Assembly: GCA_037131105.1 (NCBI GenBank)
Contig: JBAXRQ010000001.1
Location: 701,465 to 765,464, forward strand
Length of the DNA: 64,000 bases
Direction of reading: 5' to 3'
Origin: a bacterium
Lineage (GTDB): Bacteria > Patescibacteriota > UBA1384 > CAILIB01
The notes beneath the pieces were generated by a model. The model did no database searches. It was not told the origin of the DNA and worked only from the letters and a program-made list of their open reading frames with translations. The first letter of the stretch is position 1, and the number at the start of each line of letters is the position of its first letter. Of this stretch, positions 29,926-39,062 are shown piece after piece. The position numbers and the translations under genes are program-made.

Positions 29926-31275
29926 TCAGTTCATAGTTACGGCCGCCATTCACCCGGGCTTCGGATCAAGCCTTGATGTTATCTCAGCTCTCCCCTTAAC
30001 CTTCGGGCATTGGGCAGGCATCACCCCCTATACATCCTCTTGCGAGTTAGCAGGGAGCTAAGTTTTTGCTAAACAGTCGTTTGAACTCTTTTACTGTGGA
30101 TCAGCTTGCGCTGATCAGTCCTTATCCCGAAGTTACGGACGTTGTTTTGCCGAGTTCCTTAACGAGGATTCTATCGATCACCTTAGTCTACTCGACTCAC
30201 CCACCTGCGTCGGTTTGCGGTACGGATCTGTGCCTTAAGTCTCGGACCCTTTTCTAGTCACCTTCGCCCCCACTGTGAACATATCCATAGCACACAGTGA
30301 GCTAAAAAATGCGTCAGGCCGGACATACAACACAAAGTTCAGGAATATTAACCTGATGTCCATCGACTTCCCCCTTCGGGTACGCCTTAGGACCGACTAA
30401 CCCAGGGACGATTAGCGTTGCCCTGGAAACCTTGGGTATGCGGTGGGCAGGTTTTTCACCTGCCAAATTCGTTACTCATGCCAACATTCTCACTTCTGTA
30501 CGCTCCACGTCGGTTTCCACCTTCGCTTCACTGCATACAGAACGCTCCTCTACCGACAGTCATTGACGAATCAACAACTGCCCCGCGTCTTCGGCACAAT
30601 GCTTAGCCCCGTTAAATTTTCGGCGCATGACTTCTTAAATAGATCAGTGAGCTGTTACGCACTCTTTAACTGATGGCTGCTTCTAAGCCAACAGACTGAC
30701 TGTCTTGGAAATCACACAACCTTTTCCACTTAGCATTGATTTAGGGGCCTTAGACGGCGATCTGGGTTCTTTCCCTTTTGACTATGAAGCTTAGCCCCCA
30801 CAGTCTGACTCTGTAACTCAAAGCTGGTCAGAATTCGGAGTTTGGTTGGGTGCAAGAGGCGAACCCCCTACGACCCATTCAGTATCTCTACCTCTGCCAG
30901 AAGCATTACAGGCTATACCTAAATATATTTCGAGGAGAACCAGCTATCTCCCGGTTCGATTGCTATTTTAGCTCTTACCACAAGTCATCCCGCAGCTTTG
31001 CAACGCTGCCGAGTTCGGTCCTCCCGCCCCTTTTACGGAGCGTTCAACCTGCTCATGGCAAGCTCACCGGGTTTCGGGTCTAGTGGCACGGACTACATCG
31101 CCCTATTCGGACTCGCTTTCGCTACGCCTCCAGGATAAACCCCTTAGGCTTGCCCGTACCAGCTAACTCGTTGGCGCATTCTACAAAAGGCACGCCGTCA
31201 CCCGTCCGAAGACAGGCTCCGACCTCTTGGAAGCAAACATGGTTTCAGTACTATTTCACTCCCCTCACCGGGGTG

Positions 31276-31312
<37 letters not shown>

Positions 31313-32203
31313 ATCTTGCAATGTATTTAGCCTTGGAGAGTGATCTCCCCAGATTCCCACCGGATTTCACGTGTCCAGTGGTACTCAGGTACCGTATCAA
31401 GGAGTCTAATGTATTTCGCTTACCGGGCTCTCACCGTCTATGGCCGTCCGTTCCAGGCTCATTCAGCTATACAAAAGATTTCTTACTCCTCGGGATATCC
31501 CCATACGGCCCTACAACCCCGCTATGATAAATCATGCGGTTTGGGCTGTTCCGCGTTCGCTCGCCACTACTAACGGAATCTCGTTGATTTCTATTCCTCG
31601 TGGTACTTAGATGTTTCAGTTCCCACGCTTACCATCACTACGGATTCGCACCGTAATGTACACCTTAAAGGTGTGGGTTACCCCATTCGGAAATGTCCGG
31701 ATCAAAGCTCTGTTGCCAGCTCCCCGAACCTTATCGCAGGCTCATACGTCCTTCATCGGCATTGCAAGTCAAGGCATCCACCATGTGCTCGTAACGTACC
31801 TTTCTCCTTGAAACATGTCATTGCTGACACATTTCAGGTGACGGGTAATTTCTAGAATAAACTAGGAATCACTCCGCTACTCTCCACACTTTGCAAAGTG
31901 TGGGGCATGAGTAATTTCTGGAAACACATGCATCTCTGCATGCACCCCCGACATTGCTGCCAGAGGATTTTGCCGTTTTACCTTCAAAATCTGATTGTCA
32001 AAGAAATCGATACTTCCGAACTTGCGTCCGGACAACCAGCTCAGAGTGACTCTGAAACGGCATGTCCGCCTGCAAACAAATAAAAAAGAGCGACGAGGTA
32101 GTTGGTATGTACGTACGTTCGCTCGCGAGAGTGGGCCGTTGCTCACTCGATGTCATGATAGCGCACCTGAACGGTGCCTAGAGCATTTCCTGCGTGCCTA
32201 CTT

Positions 32204-32232
32204 TTTATATCACTACCAGGAGAGGGTGTCAA
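32204..32232 (-). promoter_or_regulatory. Candidate sigma70-type promoter for the 23S-5S operon
   Basis: Minus strand reads TTGACA-(17 nt)-TATAAA: -35 at 32227-32232 and -10 at 32204-32209, about 380 nt upstream of the 23S 5' end. No 16S lies between it and the 23S. Confidence 0.5.
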
Positions 32233-32321
32233 CACTTTTGCAGATAAAAGAAAAACGCCCAACGGATATAGGGTCCGTGGACGTAATTCAGATCTGTTCT
32301 GGGAGCTGGTTTGGCGGACAA

Positions 32322-32768
32322 TTAGCGTGCCCGTCTTCTGAACTGCGGGACCAGAACCAGGTAGGGCTCATGATCCTCAAACGCATCCGGTGCGTCAACG
32401 AGACGAAGATGCCCTTTCGGGTTTCTCATTCTCGCCAACGTTTCGCTGGCTGCCATCCTCTGGCCGGCTACCAGCAGACTATCGGTGAGTTTCCACCTTT
32501 CTTCCTCCTGGTGGTCGACGCGCGCGTGTTTTTTAAAGTCAGCTTTTGTGGCGAGTTCCCTGATAAGGCCGGCCGCAGCTGCTGCAACGATAAGCACGAG
32601 GACCCCAACGTAGCAGTTCCTCTGGAGCATCCACGTATCATTGAGCTCCATCGCCGAAACATCGTCTCGGCTCCAGGGTAGCGCAAGTCCGTTGCAGAGC
32701 ACCCAAGTGGCTGCCAGGTACGCGACTACACCCACCATCTTTTCAAAAATTCCCATCATTAAACGCAT
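32322..32768 (-). CDS. Hypothetical small membrane protein
   Basis: 148 aa with two predicted transmembrane helices. A 228 aa ORF on the opposite strand (31995-32681) overlaps it, so only one of the two can be real. Low confidence. Confidence 0.3.
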   Translation of the reverse strand: MRLMMGIFEKMVGVVAYLAATWVLCNGLALPWSRDDVSAMELNDTWMLQRNCYVGVLVLIVAAAAAGLIRELATKADFKKHARVDHQEEERWKLTDSLLVAGQRMAASETLARMRNPKGHLRLVDAPDAFEDHEPYLVLVPQFRRRAR

Positions 32769-32949
32769 ATACTCTCCTTTTGTGAACAGGGTTCAAACAA
32801 TCAGACCCCGTCCTCGAAAGTGCCAGCATTTAACCATAAATTACTCCTTTTGTCAACCCCTGTACAGCTCATCAGCGCCAAATGTTTGCTCTCCCCACCT
32901 CTGGGGCGTATCATTATGCTACTAACCCCTAAAGGAGGGATCCAGGGAA

Positions 32950-34377
32950 ATGGGAAAGTCTTTCAACGATATCCGTCCCAGCGCTAAAAAGGCGCAGGAG
33001 CGTTATACCCCCCAGGTGGAGAAGACCAACGTCATTCTTCCTATCGACGCGCAGGCTATCGAGGGCAAGATCGGCGAACTCACCGAGATGTCCACCAAGC
33101 CGGTGCGCCGCTTCTTTAGTATCCTCGGGCCCGGCGTCATTACCGGTGCCTCTGATGATGATCCGTCAGGCATCGCTACTTACTCTGTCGCGGGCGCCCA
33201 GTTTGGCTACCAGACCCTCTGGCTAGCCCTGGTCACCTACCCTCTTTCCGCTGCCGTCCAGGAGGTCTGTGCCCGCATTGGCATCGTCACCGGCCACGGT
33301 CTGGCTGCCGTCACCAAGAAACACTACTCTCGCACCCTATTGGTAGGCATCGTTCTATTACTGGTCATTGCCAACACCATTAACATAGGCGCTGACATCC
33401 AGGCTATGGCCGCCTCTTACCAGCTCCTTCAGCCAGGGGCAAACTTTGCCATAGTAGCAGTCGCCATCACCTTTCTTATCTTGTTCTCCCTGATTATTCT
33501 TTCGTATAAGACCTACGCCAAGTACCTGAAAATCGCCACTCTCACCCTCTTTTCTTATGTGGCAGTGGCCTACTTCTCAAACGTAGACTGGGGATCCGCC
33601 CTTCGTCATTTCCTGGTCCCTACTATTTCCTTGCAGCCGGCTTACCTGCTCACCCTGGTAGGTATCCTGGGTACCACCATCTCTCCGTACATGTTCTTTT
33701 GGCAGGCCAATGAAGAAGTGGAGGAGGAGATCTCCAAGGGCATTATCAGGAATGACGGACCCACTGTGAACCACGATGGGCTCCGCAAGATCGGCCGCCC
33801 CCTGATCAAGGCCATGTATATCGATGTGAATATGGGCATGCTCTACTCAGAGATCATCATGTTCTTCATTATCACTACTGCTGCCGCCAATCTCTACGTC
33901 AGCGGAGCCGTCACTAATGTAAGCGATCTGAGTCTCGACCAGCTGGCCTCGGTACTGCGCCCATTAGTGGGAGACACCGCCTTCCTGCTCTTCACGATCG
34001 GTATCCTCGGGGTCGGACTGTTGGCAGTTCCGGTACTTGCTGGCAGCGCCTCCTACGCTATTGCCGAGCTGTTTGATTGGAGCGAGGGCCTGAATAAGAA
34101 GTTCCATGAGGCTAAAGGCTTCTATATCTTCATCGTACTGGCCACTCTGATCGGTCTGGCCCTGAACTTCATCGGCATTAAGCCGGTAGCCGCCCTTTAT
34201 TACACCGCCATCCTGAACGGAGTCGTGGCTGTGCCGCTAATGATAGTGATCTGGATGATCGGCAACAACAAAAAGATCCTTGGCGAGCACACCAGCGGCC
34301 CGCTCTCCAACGTACTGATGATCATCGGAATATTGGTGATGGCCTCCGCCTGCGGAGCCATGTTCCTCTTGGGCTAA
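32950..34377 (+). CDS. mntH: NRAMP-family divalent metal (Mn2+/Fe2+) transporter
   Basis: 475 aa polytopic protein with LGPGVITGASDDDPSGIATYSVAGAQFGYQTLWLAL (the Nramp DPGN/GAQFGY-type signature). A strong RBS, AAAGGAGGG, lies 8 nt upstream. Confidence 0.75.
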   Translation: MGKSFNDIRPSAKKAQERYTPQVEKTNVILPIDAQAIEGKIGELTEMSTKPVRRFFSILGPGVITGASDDDPSGIATYSVAGAQFGYQTLWLALVTYPLSAAVQEVCARIGIVTGHGLAAVTKKHYSRTLLVGIVLLLVIANTINIGADIQAMAASYQLLQPGANFAIVAVAITFLILFSLIILSYKTYAKYLKIATLTLFSYVAVAYFSNVDWGSALRHFLVPTISLQPAYLLTLVGILGTTISPYMFFWQANEEVEEEISKGIIRNDGPTVNHDGLRKIGRPLIKAMYIDVNMGMLYSEIIMFFIITTAAANLYVSGAVTNVSDLSLDQLASVLRPLVGDTAFLLFTIGILGVGLLAVPVLAGSASYAIAELFDWSEGLNKKFHEAKGFYIFIVLATLIGLALNFIGIKPVAALYYTAILNGVVAVPLMIVIWMIGNNKKILGEHTSGPLSNVLMIIGILVMASACGAMFLLG

Positions 34378-34394
34378 CTCCTCTCACACTATTC

Positions 34395-34877
34395 ATGCCA
34401 ACTGTAGAGATCCTGGAGCAAAAAGGCTACCACTTCCTATGGATAGATGATGAACTCTGGATGTGGGACGTACCTGGAGAGATTGATGATCAGAAGTCAA
34501 TCGCCAAAGAGGCTTGGGGCGACATACTAGTAGCTGGATACGGCCTAGGCCTGGTCCAGAAGTACCTTTTTGAGAATCCTCGTGTACGTTCAGTATTAAC
34601 TATTGAAAAGTACCAGGAGGTACTAGACTGTGCCAAGGAGACCTATGGGACGCTCTACGGAAACATACTGGTCGGTGATTTTAACACTTACACCTCACGT
34701 AAGCGCTATGACTGTGTGATCGGTGATACTTGGAAGGACCAGTCATTCCGGGAGATCGGCGACTACCTGGACTTTAAAAGACAAGGAACTACTTTACTAA
34801 AGAAGGGGGGCTCTCTTCTTGGGTGGGGCGCTGACTACTTTGAATTTATCGCACACTCAACTTCGATAGAGAGCTAG
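34395..34877 (+). CDS. Hypothetical protein, possibly a Rossmann-fold SAM-dependent methyltransferase
   Basis: 160 aa. ILVAGYGLGLVQKYL resembles motif I (hhhDhGxGxG) and YDCVIGD resembles a post-I acidic motif. Weak call. Confidence 0.3.
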   Translation: MPTVEILEQKGYHFLWIDDELWMWDVPGEIDDQKSIAKEAWGDILVAGYGLGLVQKYLFENPRVRSVLTIEKYQEVLDCAKETYGTLYGNILVGDFNTYTSRKRYDCVIGDTWKDQSFREIGDYLDFKRQGTTLLKKGGSLLGWGADYFEFIAHSTSIES

Positions 34878-34880
34878 TTA

Positions 34881-37403
34881 CTAGGTATCTCGTCTCAGAA
34901 AACGAGATTTCACAAACTCCACAATAGCCAGGTAGGTAATGATAAGCCCAAGCAGCGAGACAAAGAACAGCGGTGGCAGCGCCACCAGGTGCAAGTAGCC
35001 TCCCACCGGACTGAACGGCAAGGCGAAGGCCAGTACCAGCACCAGGAAGCAGAGCACCTGCAAGGACCTTCCCGGTCGGCTCTTAAAGAACGGCACCCGG
35101 GCCGTACGGATCACAAACACCACCAATACCTGGGTGGCGATAGACTCCAGGAACCAGCCGGTCTGGAACTGAGACTCAGTGGCATGCAGCCAGTACCAAA
35201 GTAAGCCAAAGCTGACATAGTCGAAGATTGAGCTAATCGGGCCGAAGAAGAGCATATACCTGTAGATATGCTTGATATCCCAGTGGTGCGGCTTCATCAG
35301 CTGCTCAGCATCCACCTCGTCGCTGGGAATGCCTATCTGGAAAATGTCATAGAACGAGTTGTTCAACAGGATCTGGGACGGCGTCATGGGCAGGAACGGC
35401 AAGAAGAACGAGGCACCGGCCACGCTGAACATATTGCCGAAGTTGGAGCTGGTCCCCATCAGTATGTACTTGATGGTATTGGCGAAGATGCGCCTCCCCT
35501 CCTTTACGCCTTCAGCTATCACATCCAGGCCCTTCTCAAGCAGAACCACGCTGGCCAGGTCCTTAGCCACGTCCACGGCTGTATTTACCGACATACCAAC
35601 GTCTGCAGCATGCAGCGCCCCGGCGTCATTTACCCCGTCTCCCAGATAACCGACCGTATGGCCGGATTTCTTCAGGGCCAGGATAATCGCCTCCTTCTGC
35701 TCAGGAGTCACCCTGGCAAAGACATTGGTCTCCTGGGCCGCCTTCTCCAGCTGATGGGGCGTCATACGGGCCAAGTTCGGACCAGTAAGAATAGGACCCA
35801 GATCAAGACCAATGTCATGGCAGATCTTGTCAGTCACCAGCTCGTTGTCACCGGTGAGGATCTTTACCGCCACCCCTAGCTTGGCCAGGGTCTCCAAAGC
35901 ATGCTTAGCAGATGGCTTCGGCACGTCCAGGAAGCAGAGGTAGCCCATCAGTTCGAGATGCACAGCGTCATTGTGCGAATACTCCTCCTTGGCCTCAATG
36001 CGGCGCTGGCCGATGACAATGAGCCGAATGCCGTCCTGGTTCAGCTTACGGAACTGCTCACGTAACAGGGAACGCCGGTCAGCGTTTATAGGTACCAGCT
36101 GTCCGGTAGCATCCTCGTAAGTCTGGCAGCGGTCCAGCACCGAGTCGGCAGCGCCCTTGAAGATGATCTGCCGCGCACTCCCGCGCTTCACCACCGTATA
36201 CTGACCCCGGTAGTCATAGTTGAACTCCTCCTCGGCTAGCTTCTCTATGGAAGGATGCTTTACACGGTGGGCGATGGCGTATTGCCAGATAGCTACGTCC
36301 ATAGGATTTCCCAGTACCCGGTGATGATGACTAGCTGTATTGCAGGCCAGGGCCAACTCTAGGATATGGGGGTCCTGAGCGCCGCGCATAGTATAGAAGC
36401 CGGTGAGATTGATGGTCCCCTCAGTGAGGGTGCCGGTCTTGTCGGTGCAGAGGACGTCCATGTTGCCCAGATCCTCAATGCTAACAAGACGCTTCACCAC
36501 CACCCTCAGTTTGGCCATCCTATGAGCGCCGCGTGCCATGCTGATAGTTACGATCACCGGAAGTAGTGCAGGAGTCAGTCCGATGGCCACAGCCAAGGCA
36601 AACAGCACCGACTGCAATGGGTCACGTCCCAGGGCAATGTTTAGTACGCAGATCAGTAAGGCCATAACCACAATGACCTTGGTCATCAGCGAACCAAGAC
36701 TGGCCAGCCCTTTTTGGAAGGTGGTACGCTCTTTCACCCGGGTTGCACCTTCAAACAGCCGCCCGAATTCAGTGTCCCCGGCTATTGCCTGCACCAGTCC
36801 CCGGCCGCAGCCGCTCATTACTACCGTTCCCATGTTGGCCCGGTTCAGCTTGGCATCAGGGCTGTCAAAACGTTTAACTGTCGGCAATGACTCACCGGTA
36901 AGGCTAGACTCGTCTATCGTCAAACCCAGGCTTTCCAGGAGCTTCACGTCAGCCGGCACCACAGTGCCCTGGTGTAACAGTACTAAGTCACCGACCGCCA
37001 CCTCTGACACCGGTATCTCCTGCTTAATGCCGTTTCGGATGACCAGGGCCGAGAGCGAGACCTTCTTAAGCAGATCAGTCACCGTCTTTTCAGAAGAGTA
37101 TTCATTTACCAGGCCAAGTACCACGCTTAGGGTCATGATCCCGAAGATGATGGCGGCATTGGTGTGGTCCCCAAAGGAGAATGAGACCACCGTAGTCACC
37201 ATTAGTATCACTAGCAGAGGACTGTTGAACTGGCGGAAAAAGATATTCCAAAAGGAGGTACGGTGCAACGCCAGCTCGTTTCTTCCGAAACGCCTCTGCG
37301 CCTGCTGTACCTCTGCGGTTGTCAGTCCGTAGTCATTGTCAGTATTCAAAGAAGGGTGCCCCGCTGCATGCATAGATTCAGTATACCCGCCTTTTAGCAT
37401 CAA
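34881..37403 (-). CDS. P-type cation ATPase, MgtA-like (Mg2+ importing, P3B), subtype tentative
   Basis: 840 aa with CTDKTGTLTEG (phosphorylation site), LTGDNELV, GDGVNDAGALHAADVG, an N-terminal RRFGRNELA typical of MgtA/MgtB, and 10 predicted transmembrane helices. Confidence 0.75.
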   Translation of the reverse strand: MMLKGGYTESMHAAGHPSLNTDNDYGLTTAEVQQAQRRFGRNELALHRTSFWNIFFRQFNSPLLVILMVTTVVSFSFGDHTNAAIIFGIMTLSVVLGLVNEYSSEKTVTDLLKKVSLSALVIRNGIKQEIPVSEVAVGDLVLLHQGTVVPADVKLLESLGLTIDESSLTGESLPTVKRFDSPDAKLNRANMGTVVMSGCGRGLVQAIAGDTEFGRLFEGATRVKERTTFQKGLASLGSLMTKVIVVMALLICVLNIALGRDPLQSVLFALAVAIGLTPALLPVIVTISMARGAHRMAKLRVVVKRLVSIEDLGNMDVLCTDKTGTLTEGTINLTGFYTMRGAQDPHILELALACNTASHHHRVLGNPMDVAIWQYAIAHRVKHPSIEKLAEEEFNYDYRGQYTVVKRGSARQIIFKGAADSVLDRCQTYEDATGQLVPINADRRSLLREQFRKLNQDGIRLIVIGQRRIEAKEEYSHNDAVHLELMGYLCFLDVPKPSAKHALETLAKLGVAVKILTGDNELVTDKICHDIGLDLGPILTGPNLARMTPHQLEKAAQETNVFARVTPEQKEAIILALKKSGHTVGYLGDGVNDAGALHAADVGMSVNTAVDVAKDLASVVLLEKGLDVIAEGVKEGRRIFANTIKYILMGTSSNFGNMFSVAGASFFLPFLPMTPSQILLNNSFYDIFQIGIPSDEVDAEQLMKPHHWDIKHIYRYMLFFGPISSIFDYVSFGLLWYWLHATESQFQTGWFLESIATQVLVVFVIRTARVPFFKSRPGRSLQVLCFLVLVLAFALPFSPVGGYLHLVALPPLFFVSLLGLIITYLAIVEFVKSRFLRRDT

Positions 37404-38314
37404 GAGCTAGCCACCTCAACAGGTCGGAGGGTAATCTCCTGGACGTCTGGTGGTATAAGGAATCTCAGAGGCAGCCAGGAGCCCTGAATTCCTCGACTAA
37501 CAATCAATGTAGTCCCCTGCACTTCTTTCCGACCTGACCAAGCGATAAAGCTGGACTGAGGCATAAAGTGGGAGATATACCGACCAAATAGGCGATGAAA
37601 CAGGGTCTGGCCTCCATGGGTATGTCCTGAAAGCACCAAGTCGGCAGGCTGTTTTCCCGGCAGATAGGCGGCGTCGGGATTATGGGCGAGTATCACCCGA
37701 GGAAGACCTGGCGACACCTGGTCAAACTGTGAGTAAAGACTAAGGCTGGCCGCCCGGCGGGAATATTCTTCCCAGGCAGGATATTCTGCTTGGCTTTCGC
37801 GGTAGCCCTGATCAGTCTCCAGATCATTCAGTCCTATCAAAAGCACTGTCTGGCCAGCACAGGAGACTTCGACCGCCTCACCACATAGCAACTGACACCT
37901 CACTTCAGCCAAGGCTGCTTTCAAGGGAGAAAGCTCAGAAAAGGCAAAGTAGTCATGATTGCCTAGCACCGCAAAGAATGGCAGCTGCCATCCTGCCAGA
38001 ATATTCAGCGACTTAGTAAGGTCAGGAAGAAAACGTGCCTCCCTGTCGATGAGATCACCTCCCAAAAGTATCAGATCAAAAGGGTGACGCCGGTGCAGGC
38101 GCTCCAGACGCCTACACTTGGCTTTCAGGAGCGACGTACTATTGTAACGTCCCACATGCAGGTCAGAGATAAAGAGTATCCGCAGCTCGTTCTGCAGCCT
38201 GTCAGACGCAACCCCTACTTCCTGCCGCTTTACCTGTAGAAAGCGAGGCTCAATGTACCAGGCATATATACCAAGCATGACCATGGCGGCCAGCACGATC
38301 AGGACAGCTGTCAT
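37400..38314 (-). CDS. Calcineurin-like metallophosphoesterase (YkuE-like), membrane anchored
   Basis: 304 aa with an N-terminal transmembrane helix and the phosphoesterase motifs ILFISDLHVG, LGGDLID, GNHDYF and GHTHGGQ. Confidence 0.75.
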   Translation of the reverse strand: MTAVLIVLAAMVMLGIYAWYIEPRFLQVKRQEVGVASDRLQNELRILFISDLHVGRYNSTSLLKAKCRRLERLHRRHPFDLILLGGDLIDREARFLPDLTKSLNILAGWQLPFFAVLGNHDYFAFSELSPLKAALAEVRCQLLCGEAVEVSCAGQTVLLIGLNDLETDQGYRESQAEYPAWEEYSRRAASLSLYSQFDQVSPGLPRVILAHNPDAAYLPGKQPADLVLSGHTHGGQTLFHRLFGRYISHFMPQSSFIAWSGRKEVQGTTLIVSRGIQGSWLPLRFLIPPDVQEITLRPVEVASS

Positions 38315-38324
38315 CAGAATCAGA

Positions 38325-39062
38325 CTAGAGGTTAGTCCCTCCAGTGTAACTCAGTTTAGTGTCATCAGTCACCCGCTCCCCCAGCACCACCAAGCGATTT
38401 AGATTAGTCAGCAGCGGCCAGCAGGTCACTACCGCTACGCGCTGGGTGCTTGAACCTCCAGCCAGATTAGCCTCGGAAAAGGCCAGAACATTGCGCGGAT
38501 TCACTACCTGGGAGCTCACTACCTTGTAGGTACGGATCTCACCATGGCCAGTGATGACGAACTGGTCTCCCACTTTCGCTTGACCCAGACTGGCAAATAC
38601 CGATGAGTAGGGATGCGGATAGGTGTCGCTGGAATGGCCGGTGACATAGGCCAACTTGGCGCCATCAAGGGTTGATGTGGAGTAATTTAGGCTTACCCCT
38701 TTGGTCAAAGCCGTGCGAATACTATCCCAATCTTGAAAGTTGAGCGGTGAACTAGACGGACTTTCAGTAAACGGCGCATCAATGGCTAGGCGCGGAAATA
38801 CGAAGCGGTTCTGATCAGCCTGATAGTCAGGTGTAGCCGGCTGCTTGCCGATAGCCACCATGATGGCATGGAACTGGGGCTGACTTAGAGACGCAAGGGT
38901 GGCCCAGTTCCAGGCTGCAAAGATGATTACAAAAAGGTAGAACGCCAGCAGAAGCTTCTTGGCGACTGACCGCGCCTTGGAAGAGCGCGGTCGTTCTTTA
39001 TGCGATTGTTCGACGCTTGGCAATGACATTGAGTATCTCCGTTCCCAGCCAGAGTACAGCAC
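38325..39062 (-). CDS. Sortase-family transpeptidase; the exact start is uncertain
   Basis: 245 aa with an N-terminal transmembrane anchor, a catalytic His (AYVTGHSSD), a Cys in the TLxTC-like motif (RVAVVTCWP) and a conserved Arg (NRLVVLGERV). Confidence 0.7.
   Translation of the reverse strand: MLYSGWERRYSMSLPSVEQSHKERPRSSKARSVAKKLLLAFYLFVIIFAAWNWATLASLSQPQFHAIMVAIGKQPATPDYQADQNRFVFPRLAIDAPFTESPSSSPLNFQDWDSIRTALTKGVSLNYSTSTLDGAKLAYVTGHSSDTYPHPYSSVFASLGQAKVGDQFVITGHGEIRTYKVVSSQVVNPRNVLAFSEANLAGGSSTQRVAVVTCWPLLTNLNRLVVLGERVTDDTKLSYTGGTNL

Noticed and set aside
31995-32681. 228-aa plus-strand ORF between the 23S promoter region and the Nramp gene
   Set aside because: It is mutually exclusive with the minus-strand 148-aa membrane-protein ORF and overlaps the proposed rRNA promoter and leader. 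Its composition looks non-coding. Neither ORF is well supported.
32920-32949. AAAGGAGGGATCCAGG resembling the reverse complement of a 16S 3' end
   Set aside because: It is the Shine-Dalgarno of the Nramp gene, complementary to the anti-SD by design. No other 16S sequence surrounds it, and the downstream sequence is a clear Nramp CDS.
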